DNA of 64,000 bases from Gracilimonas sp. Its GTDB lineage: Bacteria > Bacteroidota > Rhodothermia > Balneolales > Balneolaceae. A program made the translations under genes and the position numbers. The notes below the pieces were generated by a model, which saw nothing but the letters and a program-made list of their open reading frames with translations, did not search any database and was not told the origin of the DNA. The stretch covers positions 296,384 to 360,383 of the forward strand of contig NZ_JABURM010000006.1 of NCBI RefSeq assembly GCF_014762685.1, given 5' to 3'. Positions 46,157 through 54,765 of this stretch are shown piece after piece (the stretch's first letter is position 1; each line of letters opens with the position of its first letter).

Positions 46157-47404
46157 ATGAATTCATCCAAGTGTTGGATCTTGTTTTTGGTAATCCTATG
46201 GGTACCATTTCAGATTCACGCCCAAACCCTTTCCTTAGAGGAGGTTGTTGAGCGGTTCAAGCAACACAGCCTCCAACAGGAGCTGGCAGAACTTGACAAG
46301 CTCCGAAAACAGGGAGCGGCTCAACAGTATAAATCGTACATGAATCCCGAGGTGAGCATCTTCAGCGAGCAGCTTAATGCCGGTACGCTCAATTATGACG
46401 AAACCACCTATCAGATCTCGCAGCCTATTGAACTGCTGGGACAACCCTTCCTCCGAAATAAGAGCGCTAATAAAAGCAGTGAAGCAGCGGAATTGAGCTA
46501 TCAGTACGATCGCTCGGTGCTCATCCAACAGGTAAAAAGTTTGTATGCCGAATATTGGTTTTTACAGCATAAACTGGAGGTGTACGACCAAGCGCTTGAA
46601 GTTATTAACCAGGTGTTGGCATCTGCCAAAGCTCGCCAAACGGAAGGCACAGAGTCGGGACTTCAAGTGCAGCGTTTTACAGTGGAAAAGAGCCGCTACT
46701 TACGCGAGAGAAATGAAGTAGAACTAAAAATGATGCAGGTTGGCAAGCAACTGGCCTCCATGATCACTTCTTCCGAAGAAACCGGTTTTGAATTTAAGGT
46801 GGAAGCTGATTTGCCGGTAGAACCGATCATGGAAGATTCAGAAACGCTTCAAGAGTATGCCCTGAAGCACCGGGCTGATTTGCGGGCAATGGAACTGGAA
46901 ACGGAGGCCCTCGGACTCAAATACAAAGTCGAAAAAAGAGATCGTATGCCAGACTTAAAGGTGAATTTTGGGTATAAAAATCAGTCGGACGGCTCGGAAG
47001 GTTTTGTAATTGGCGGGGGCATACAACTGCCCATTTTCAATCGAAACAGCGGAAGCATCACCATGGCTGAAGCCGAATATCGCAGTGTGGAAACATCATT
47101 GCAGCTCCAAAGGCGAACCATTCGCAATCAGGTGGGTGTAGGCTACCGTCGTGTTCAAAATTTGTATGCTCAGTGGCAAGAGATGCAACAAAATCCACTT
47201 TCTGCAGAAATGTTGGAAACATCACGATCTGCTTATCAGGAAGGACGTTATTCGCTGGTTGAACTGCTGGATGCCACCAAGGCTTACGTCGATGGTCGTA
47301 GTCTTCAGCATCGTATTACCGCTGATTACCAACAAGCACTTTTCACACTCGATACCATCACTTCAGGAAAAATATTCTCAACTCAAAACACTTCAAAACA
47401 ATGA
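46157..47404 (+). CDS. TolC-family outer-membrane efflux protein (CzcC/CusC-like)
   Basis: Signal peptide, two-repeat OEP architecture, and operon context. There is a 4-nt overlap with the next gene. Confidence 0.85.
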   Translation: MNSSKCWILFLVILWVPFQIHAQTLSLEEVVERFKQHSLQQELAELDKLRKQGAAQQYKSYMNPEVSIFSEQLNAGTLNYDETTYQISQPIELLGQPFLRNKSANKSSEAAELSYQYDRSVLIQQVKSLYAEYWFLQHKLEVYDQALEVINQVLASAKARQTEGTESGLQVQRFTVEKSRYLRERNEVELKMMQVGKQLASMITSSEETGFEFKVEADLPVEPIMEDSETLQEYALKHRADLRAMELETEALGLKYKVEKRDRMPDLKVNFGYKNQSDGSEGFVIGGGIQLPIFNRNSGSITMAEAEYRSVETSLQLQRRTIRNQVGVGYRRVQNLYAQWQEMQQNPLSAEMLETSRSAYQEGRYSLVELLDATKAYVDGRSLQHRITADYQQALFTLDTITSGKIFSTQNTSKQ

Positions 47405-47676
47405 AAAATTTATTCACAGTACTCTTTGTAAGCCTTGCATTTATTATCGCCGGTTGCGGCTCAGATCAGGAAACGCATAGTCATGGCGAAGACGGAGATC
47501 ACACCCATGAAGCACCGGCCCAAGCATCCACATCAGAGGACAGCGATGCTGTTCGTATTGGAGGCGGTGACCATTCAACAGAAGGCGATTCTACCCATGC
47601 CCATGATAATGAAGAGAGTCACAGCCATGATGATGATTCGACGCATTCTCATGGGGATGAAGAACACAGTCACTAA
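47401..47676 (+). CDS. small His/Asp/Glu-rich lipoprotein (putative periplasmic metal-binding protein)
   Basis: Signal peptide plus lipobox (IAGCGS). The mature part is roughly 70 aa of HSHGEDGDHTHE...HSTEGDSTHAHDNEESHSHDDDSTHSHGDEEHSH. Confidence 0.65.
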   Translation: MKNLFTVLFVSLAFIIAGCGSDQETHSHGEDGDHTHEAPAQASTSEDSDAVRIGGGDHSTEGDSTHAHDNEESHSHDDDSTHSHGDEEHSH

Positions 47677-47720
47677 TTCGTAGCCAATCAACAAACTTAT
47701 CATGATCAAATTTTGAAGCA

Positions 47721-49370
47721 ATGAAACAGCTAATACCATTACTAATTCTAAGTACATCCCTGTTGATGATGGGGTGCGGCGGTGGCGGTGATGAAAGCCA
47801 CAGCCATGGCGAAGACGGTGACCATACCCACGAGCAACCTGCTCAGCAAGCACAGGAAGATGATAGCCATTCCCATGAGGGAGAAGACACCCATAGTCAC
47901 GGAGAGGATTCCCAACTGGAAGGAGCCGGAGTGATCACGCAATGGACGGATAAAACCGAACTGTTCATGGAGTATCCGGAACTGATCGTAGGGCAGGAAG
48001 CCACCTTTGCGGTTCACCTGACCCGGCTTTCGGATTTCAAACCCATTTCTGAATCCGAAGTACAGTTTGTGTTCAGCTCTGAGCGGGGTAATGAAGGCTC
48101 CCTCACCGAAACGGAAGTTCAAATTCCGGGCATTTACGGACCGGATGTTATCTTTGAACGTGCAGGACGTTATGATCTCACGATTATCATTCAGGGGATG
48201 GTTGATGATACGCTCCAGGTTAACGGAATCCCGGTTTACAGTTCCACGGAAGACGTCCCAACAGCTCACGAGGAAGAAGATCCCAATTTGATTTCCTTTC
48301 TGAAAGAACAGCAGTGGAAGATCCCTTTTGCTACGCAGAAAGTCGGCCAACATACGCTATCAGAAACGGTAGATGCGCATGGTGAGCTCAAGCCGGTTCA
48401 AAGCAGAGAAGTTATTGTATCAGCACCCTTTTCCGGGATCATACTGAGCAGTGCTAATCAAAGCCTGCCGGTTGAAGGACAGGATATCAGTAAAGGTACT
48501 TCGCTGGTACAGCTGAATCCTTCCATTCAATCAGCGGATGGAGAAAACTATGCCCAGCAGTTTATCAATGCGCAGTCTCAGTTGTCTTTGGCTAAAAAGA
48601 ATTTAGAACGATCGAAACGATTGTTTGAAAAAGAGGCGATTCCGGAAGTAGAACTGGAAAAAGCACGGATTGAATACCGTCAGGCGCTCACTCAATTTCA
48701 GACGATTAATGAAATCGCTCAAATTGACACCTCATCCGTAGATGTCTATGGAGACACAGAATCATCCTACCGTTTTGAAATGAAAGCCCCGATCTCCGGA
48801 ACCGTGGTAGAATCTTATATACAGCCGGGTATGCAGGTGAAAGTCGGTGAGCCGCTGCTGCGTATTGCCAATATGAGAAAAATGTGGCTGAGCGTACACG
48901 TTCCCGCAGCTGAACGAATAGCTATTCAAAATCCCGGAGCGGCTGTTTTTTACGTGCAGGGAAATGAGAAAATGTATGGCATGGATGAGGTTAATGGCCG
49001 CTTACTGAGCGTCGGAAAACAAGTAGATCCTGAAACACGAACGATTTCTATGATTTATGAGATCGACAATAAGGAAGGCTTGCATAGCGGACTCTTTGTT
49101 GCCGCCGAGATCGATACCGATCAAAAAGAAAACGTGATCGCCATCCCGGAAACAGCCCTGATTGAAGAGGAAGGTAATTTTGTGGTGTATATACATGTGG
49201 CCGGGGAATCGTTCGAAAAAAGAGCAATAACCACGGGCATTAGAAACCGTGGCTGGGTGGAAGTGACATCCGGCCTGGAAGAAGGCGAGCATGTAGTTAC
49301 AACCAATGCGTACCAGGTGAAATTGGCTTCATTGTCCTCTGAAGCGCCTGCACACGGACACTCTCATTAA
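47721..49370 (+). CDS. RND efflux periplasmic adaptor (membrane fusion protein) with a His-rich N-terminal extension
   Basis: Lipobox MGCGG, then a His-rich roughly 50 aa, then a typical HlyD/CzcB-like barrel-sandwich/beta-barrel region. The C-terminus ends in HGHSH. Confidence 0.88.
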   Translation: MKQLIPLLILSTSLLMMGCGGGGDESHSHGEDGDHTHEQPAQQAQEDDSHSHEGEDTHSHGEDSQLEGAGVITQWTDKTELFMEYPELIVGQEATFAVHLTRLSDFKPISESEVQFVFSSERGNEGSLTETEVQIPGIYGPDVIFERAGRYDLTIIIQGMVDDTLQVNGIPVYSSTEDVPTAHEEEDPNLISFLKEQQWKIPFATQKVGQHTLSETVDAHGELKPVQSREVIVSAPFSGIILSSANQSLPVEGQDISKGTSLVQLNPSIQSADGENYAQQFINAQSQLSLAKKNLERSKRLFEKEAIPEVELEKARIEYRQALTQFQTINEIAQIDTSSVDVYGDTESSYRFEMKAPISGTVVESYIQPGMQVKVGEPLLRIANMRKMWLSVHVPAAERIAIQNPGAAVFYVQGNEKMYGMDEVNGRLLSVGKQVDPETRTISMIYEIDNKEGLHSGLFVAAEIDTDQKENVIAIPETALIEEEGNFVVYIHVAGESFEKRAITTGIRNRGWVEVTSGLEEGEHVVTTNAYQVKLASLSSEAPAHGHSH

Positions 49371-49392
49371 TCATCAGGAAAGGAATTAAATT

Positions 49393-52300
49393 ATGTTAGA
49401 TGCAATAATCAGAGGATCGTTAAGGTACCGGCTGGTCGTATTGGTGAGTTCGGTGGTCATACTGGCAGCTGGAATTTACATCGTGGACCGCATGCCAGTG
49501 GATGTGTTCCCCGATCTTACGGCTCCCACCGTAACGGTAATGACCGAAGCCCATGGAATGGCTCCGGAAGAAGTAGAGCGACTGGTAACCATTCCGGTCG
49601 AGACCTCGGTGAATGGAGCGACGGGCGTGCGACGGGTTCGCTCTTCCACCGCAAAAGGCATATCCATTGTATGGGTAGAATTTGACTGGGGAACCGATAT
49701 TTTTAGGGCCCGGCAGATTGTGAATGAGAAACTACAACTGGTAGCTACCAGTCTGCCAGAAGAAGTCCCGCCACCGATCATGGCACCGATCTCCTCCATC
49801 ATGGGAGAGATCATGCTGGTGAGTGTGAACAGCAATGAACATTCCGAACTCGAAGTACGAACGGCCGCCGACTGGGAAATTCGTCGTCGGTTACTGGCTA
49901 TTCCAGGAGTGGCGCAGGTCATTCCTATTGGGGGTGGACAAAAGCAGTATCAGGTAAGAGTTAGCCCTGATAAACTGAAGCAATACAATATAACCTTGCA
50001 CCAGGTATTACAGGCTACCGAGCAGGCCAATGAAAACTTCTCAGGAGGTTTCTTCAGAGAATACAGCCAGGAATACACCATTCGTGGGATAGGCCGGGCA
50101 TATTCAGTGGAAGACCTGGAGCAGTCAGTCATTACCCAGCGCAATAACATTCCGATTAACATCGGCGATGTGGCAACGGTAGAAATTGCAGCAGCTCAAA
50201 AAATCGGGGATGCTTCAGTGAACGCAGAACCGACCGTGATCATCTCCATACAAAAACAACCTGGAGCCAATACGCTGGAATTGACCTCCCGTGTGGATGA
50301 AACACTGGCACAGATTGAGTCCAGCCTCCCGGCCGGATTTGAGATCAATACGCACCTATTTCGACAGGCCGAGTTTATTGAACTGGCTATCGACAATGTC
50401 ATTGAAGCCCTGCGGGATGGAGCCTTTTTGGTGATCGTGATCTTATTCCTGTTTCTTGGGAATTTCCGAACGACACTAATTTCTCTAACCGCCATACCTC
50501 TGGCCCTGATCTTCTCGATCTTTGTGTTGGAATTCTTTGATATCACCATCAATACGATGACCTTGGGTGGGATGGCTATTGCCATCGGGGTGATCGTGGA
50601 TGATGCCATCATTGACGTGGAAAACGTGTTCAGGCGACTCAGGGAAAACTCAGAGCTGCCGGAAACCAAGCAGAAACCGGCCATTGAGGTGGTATTTGAA
50701 GGGTCGAAGGAAATCCGTTCTTCCATCATCAATGCCACGCTGATCATCATGATCGTCTTTCTGCCGCTATTCTTCTTAAGTGGAATCGAAGGGCGGATGT
50801 TACAGCCGCTGGGACTTGCCTACATCATTTCCATTGGGGCGTCGCTGGTAATTGCCATGACCGTTACACCGGCCATGTGTTATTACCTGCTGCCCGGTCA
50901 GGCCTCCAAAGGGAAACTGGAAGAAAGCTGGTTCACCAAAAAGTTAAAATCAGGCTACGAGCACGCACTGAATGTCGTCCTTCGCATCAAGAAGACCGTG
51001 TTGGTTGGAACTTTGGTACTGTTTTTTGGAACATTAGTGGCGTTGCCTTTTCTGGGAAGATCATTTCTTCCCGAGTTTAATGAAGGCACGCTGGTGATCA
51101 GTGCAGTTACCATTCCGGGTACTTCACTAACCGAATCCAATGAAATCGGTAAACGCATAGAAACAATTCTACTGGAACATCCGGCTATCGCTTCTACCTC
51201 ACGCCGAACCGGAAGAGCCGAGCTGGATGAACATGCCCAGGGAGTTAATGCCTCAGAAATTGATGCCAAGCTGGATATCCCAGAAGGAACCACCAAAGAA
51301 GAAGTGTTGGCAGAACTCCGGGAAGACCTAACTGTGGTCTCGGGGACCAATATTACCATTGGACAGCCTATCGGTCACCGTATTGATCATATGCTTTCGG
51401 GAACACGAGCCAACATCGCTGTGAAGATCTTTGGAACCGACCTGTTCCGACTCCGAGCATTGGCCGAGGAAGTGCGTGGGCAAATGGAAACCGTCGAAGG
51501 AGTGGTGGATCTATCGGTAGAACAGCAGCAAAATGTACCCCAAATACAGATCCGACCTGACCGCAGAGCTTTGGCGCGATACGGCATTACTATTCAGCAA
51601 CTCGCTGAGATGGTAGATGTAGCGTTTGCAGGCGAGGTGGTGTCACAGGTGTTGGAAGGCGATAAGATGTTTGATCTGCTGGTTCGCTTCGATGAGGATC
51701 ACCGTGGCAGCATTGAATCAGTGCGAAAAGCTACCTTTAATCTGGAGGATGGAACCATTGTGCCATTGGCAGAACTGGCTTCGGTGACATCCCGAAGTGG
51801 CCCCAGTACCATCAGTCGCGAAAATGTGCAGCGCAAGATCGTAGTCTCAGCTAATGTTGCGGGAAGAGATCTGCGTGGTACGGTGGATGAGATCCGGGCC
51901 AATGTGTCTCAAAACGTTAGTTTCCCGCAAAGCTACTTTGTGGAATACGGCGGGCAGTTTGAAAGCGAAGCCCAGGCCACCCGAACTATTTCGTTGCTCA
52001 GCACCATTGCCATTGCGGTCATTTACCTGTTGCTGTACCTGGAATTCGGTTCTCTCAAAACCGCCTTGCTTGTCATGGTAAACCTTCCGTTTGCCTTGAT
52101 CGGTGGTATTTATACCGTGCTGTTTACCAGCGGGATCATTTCCATCGCCTCGCTGGTCGGCTTTATCACCTTATTTGGAATTGCGACTCGAAACGGTATT
52201 CTGATGGTCTCTCACTACCAACAGCTTCGAAAAGAAGGGAAGGAGTTTCTGCAAGCAATACGTCAGGGCGCGATGGAACGACTCAATCCTATCTTGATGA

Positions 52301-52470
52301 CCGCCCTTACTGCAGGACTTGCTCTCATCCCGCTGGCTCTTGCCGCCGGTGAACCGGGAAATGAGATTCAGTCTCCTATGGCTCAGGTTATTCTTGGTGG
52401 GCTATTGAGTTCTACCTTGCTGAATATGGTCGTAATTCCGGCTTTATTGGCACAGTTTGAGACAGAGTAA
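49393..52470 (+). CDS. CusA/CzcA-family heavy-metal efflux RND pump
   Basis: 1025 aa with 12-TM ACR_tran architecture. TM4 reads GGMAIAIGVIVDDAIIDVEN, i.e. A-x5-D-x6-E as in CusA (A399/D405/E412 by recall) rather than D-x5-D-x6-E as in CzcA. Confidence 0.93.
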   Translation: MLDAIIRGSLRYRLVVLVSSVVILAAGIYIVDRMPVDVFPDLTAPTVTVMTEAHGMAPEEVERLVTIPVETSVNGATGVRRVRSSTAKGISIVWVEFDWGTDIFRARQIVNEKLQLVATSLPEEVPPPIMAPISSIMGEIMLVSVNSNEHSELEVRTAADWEIRRRLLAIPGVAQVIPIGGGQKQYQVRVSPDKLKQYNITLHQVLQATEQANENFSGGFFREYSQEYTIRGIGRAYSVEDLEQSVITQRNNIPINIGDVATVEIAAAQKIGDASVNAEPTVIISIQKQPGANTLELTSRVDETLAQIESSLPAGFEINTHLFRQAEFIELAIDNVIEALRDGAFLVIVILFLFLGNFRTTLISLTAIPLALIFSIFVLEFFDITINTMTLGGMAIAIGVIVDDAIIDVENVFRRLRENSELPETKQKPAIEVVFEGSKEIRSSIINATLIIMIVFLPLFFLSGIEGRMLQPLGLAYIISIGASLVIAMTVTPAMCYYLLPGQASKGKLEESWFTKKLKSGYEHALNVVLRIKKTVLVGTLVLFFGTLVALPFLGRSFLPEFNEGTLVISAVTIPGTSLTESNEIGKRIETILLEHPAIASTSRRTGRAELDEHAQGVNASEIDAKLDIPEGTTKEEVLAELREDLTVVSGTNITIGQPIGHRIDHMLSGTRANIAVKIFGTDLFRLRALAEEVRGQMETVEGVVDLSVEQQQNVPQIQIRPDRRALARYGITIQQLAEMVDVAFAGEVVSQVLEGDKMFDLLVRFDEDHRGSIESVRKATFNLEDGTIVPLAELASVTSRSGPSTISRENVQRKIVVSANVAGRDLRGTVDEIRANVSQNVSFPQSYFVEYGGQFESEAQATRTISLLSTIAIAVIYLLLYLEFGSLKTALLVMVNLPFALIGGIYTVLFTSGIISIASLVGFITLFGIATRNGILMVSHYQQLRKEGKEFLQAIRQGAMERLNPILMTALTAGLALIPLALAAGEPGNEIQSPMAQVILGGLLSSTLLNMVVIPALLAQFETE

Positions 52471-52598
52471 TCTAAACACACATTAAAATAGAGACAGAAG
52501 AGCAGTAGTTTTATCACAAGTAGGACCGCTGTTTTTATATTCTGTCAACAATAATATCTGGAAATTGGTGGGCTAAATTATGAATAAACACCCTGGAA

Positions 52599-52623
52599 GC
52601 AACAGAGAGCATTTAAGTGAAAA
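52599..52623. repeat. left copy of a 25-nt direct repeat (GCAACAGAGAGCATTTAAGTGAAAA)
   Basis: It matches 57892-57916 at 24/25 positions in the same orientation. Confidence 0.9.
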
Positions 52624-52711
52624 CTATCTGACGGAACGCTTCGCTCCACTCTATTGCTGTCGCCCTCCAAAAATACAGCGGCAGATGCCGTTCAACGAGT
52701 TGCGGAGACAT

Positions 52712-53230
52712 TTACCTCGATAATATAGTCACAGGAGTTATTTGAAAGCGCGGCTCCATATGGCAGCAACCGAGCATCAGGCCCCCACGGGTCTGCTCGA
52801 AGGTGAGACCATGGACGGTGACTCCGCCGCCGGTCAGCTCGAACATCCCGCACCTGGAGATCGCTTCACGCACAAACCCACCTTCGGCTTCGATGATCTC
52901 TTGTTCGGCAGCCTTGTACTCTTCGAGTTTACAGCCTTTAAGCACAGTGCCCTCCTGATGTCCGAGGAGGGTGAGACCGGGTGTCGCGATCTGGATGACC
53001 TCGCCAACCAAGTACGTACCCGTCGCGAACTGAACAGTGACGCCAGGCTCAGCCTGCTCCAATGCGGTCAAAATGCTTGCTCGGTCGGTTTCTAGCTCGC
53101 CTGTCGGCAGAGCGATGTATAGCGTATCAGAAACCTCATACGCAAAAAGTGTATTCTGAAAGGGAAAGAGGCAGAGCACCAGGTTTCCCGTCAGAATAAG
53201 GATCATCAGAAATGTATGTTTTGTCGACAT
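52712..53230 (-). pseudogene. truncated right-handed beta-helix-type secreted protein (N-terminal roughly 170 aa only)
   Basis: Signal peptide and a typical beta-helix-protein N-terminus (ASILTALEQAEPGVTVQFATGTYLVGEVIQI..PGLTLLG), but the ORF stops after 172 aa. An in-frame TAA-ATG junction is followed by 32 more codons that end inside the repeat at 52599-52623. Confidence 0.5.
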
Positions 53231-53266
53231 TTTTATTCCATATAGATTAGTGAAACATGAATGTGG

Positions 53267-54652
53267 CTATTTAATACGTTCGGACCTGATTCTCCAAGGA
53301 CCGGGATTCAGGGTGAGTCCTGTTACTTCTCCTTCCCGCAGATCAAATCGAATTACATCACTGGCTGCCGACTGAATTATGAACTGTTCAGTTCCTGCCG
53401 GTATCAGGCGATAGGTCCGTTCTTCGTCAAAATAGATGTTTTCCATACCGGTGTACCGCGCAGTAAGCTTCCCTGCATCGGCCGAAATAGCCAGGCTGCT
53501 TCCGCCGGGAAATTCATACGTTCCCGCATACTTTTGAAGGGCTTCGGTTTCCAATGAACCATTCGTTTCTTTTGGGCGATCAGGCAGGGTTGGCAGGCTA
53601 TTTAAAACGGCATCCCACGCCAGTTCAGAAGCAATAAATGCCAGGTCGTGTGGTAAGAGATCGGGATTCTCGACCTCATCCGTGGTCACCGTATACAGTA
53701 CATCTCCATCGAAGTCGGTTGCAAACGGCTGGATGGCACGACCCATGGAGGTATGCACCTGCATCGCCAATCGCTGCAACTGCACGTACGGAAGTTTTTG
53801 GTTGGTTACTACCAGAGTCAGGGTCGTGTTGCTGGTCGGTCCCCCTGTCTTTTTAATGCTCTCATTAAGGGAGCCGAGCTTCCCGGTAATCAATTCAGAT
53901 ATTTGCGGGCACCCTACCAAAGTATCGTTGCGGTGGCAGCGCACCACCCGCCCGTCACGATCAACGATCGTACCTAGTGAATTCACTACCGTGAATACGG
54001 CGATCTTGGTCGGCCCTACCTGTCTGAACGCAGCCCCTTGTCCGGAATGTGGCCAGCTGGCAAAGTGATCCGCGCCGCCGCCCCAGTAGTAGTAGATCCC
54101 CTGCATCGCGAACCGTCCCGCACCGCGTGCTCCCAGAGGGAAGCGATTCGGCACGGCATCGCGGAATGCCTTGGCGCCTAGCTCATGATCAGGTGTGACA
54201 CGGCTGAAACGTCGATTACCCACATCGTATATGATCCCGCCCAATACCCCTGCAATGAAATTATGCTCGCCTTGGGAGAGCCTTTTCTCTTTAATGGCAT
54301 CGGCCGCTCCGGTGGCAGCGGACAATCCGTGCCACGAGCCGCCGGAAAATACGACGGCGTTAATAAAATCCTCCTCGTAGCCCAGGCTCACGGCCGGTGC
54401 GTTTACCGTTCCGGGTGAGCCTCCCCGTATATCCGCAGCGGCAATAACTCCTTCCGGAAAATAAAAGACAGTGGTACCGGTGGGCCCTTCCTCATATTCG
54501 GCAATGCCGATATGCATTTGGGGAAAATCAAACTCCAAATAGTTGGCCGGTATTTCCTGAGAACGTGCTTCACTGATGAACAATGTCAGGAACAAAAGAG
54601 AGAAGGTGACGAGTAGCCAACACGTTCTGGCCGAGTAGTTCCAAGTAATCAT
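53267..54652 (-). CDS. S58/P1-family (DmpA/BapA-like) aminopeptidase with a C-terminal DUF3471-like extension
   Basis: Signal peptide, GPTGTTVFYF...IRGGSPGT, and an autoprocessing-site-like GPTSNTTLTLVVTNQKL. The extra roughly 100 aa at the C-terminus (L.KYAGTYEF.....L.I....GKL......) resembles the DUF3471 domain of serine hydrolases. Confidence 0.78.
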   Translation of the reverse strand: MITWNYSARTCWLLVTFSLLFLTLFISEARSQEIPANYLEFDFPQMHIGIAEYEEGPTGTTVFYFPEGVIAAADIRGGSPGTVNAPAVSLGYEEDFINAVVFSGGSWHGLSAATGAADAIKEKRLSQGEHNFIAGVLGGIIYDVGNRRFSRVTPDHELGAKAFRDAVPNRFPLGARGAGRFAMQGIYYYWGGGADHFASWPHSGQGAAFRQVGPTKIAVFTVVNSLGTIVDRDGRVVRCHRNDTLVGCPQISELITGKLGSLNESIKKTGGPTSNTTLTLVVTNQKLPYVQLQRLAMQVHTSMGRAIQPFATDFDGDVLYTVTTDEVENPDLLPHDLAFIASELAWDAVLNSLPTLPDRPKETNGSLETEALQKYAGTYEFPGGSSLAISADAGKLTARYTGMENIYFDEERTYRLIPAGTEQFIIQSAASDVIRFDLREGEVTGLTLNPGPWRIRSERIK

Positions 54653-54765
54653 TATAGGGTTTTATTTGGTTGTTAAAATTTCACAGGTGTAAGCTTTTTT
54701 CTTTCTATTTTTTGAACTCTACCTGCTTTGACGGCTGGTACTATTTTGCTCAATAGCCGCATGAA

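Noticed and set aside
47748-48353. A 201-aa minus-strand ORF opposite the adaptor (MFP) gene. Similar long antisense ORFs lie at 49476-49922, 50196-50750, 50955-51359 and 53682-54068.
   Set aside because: These are typical shadow ORFs on the antisense strand of higher-GC genes. They lack recognisable motifs, while the sense-strand products have clear family signatures.
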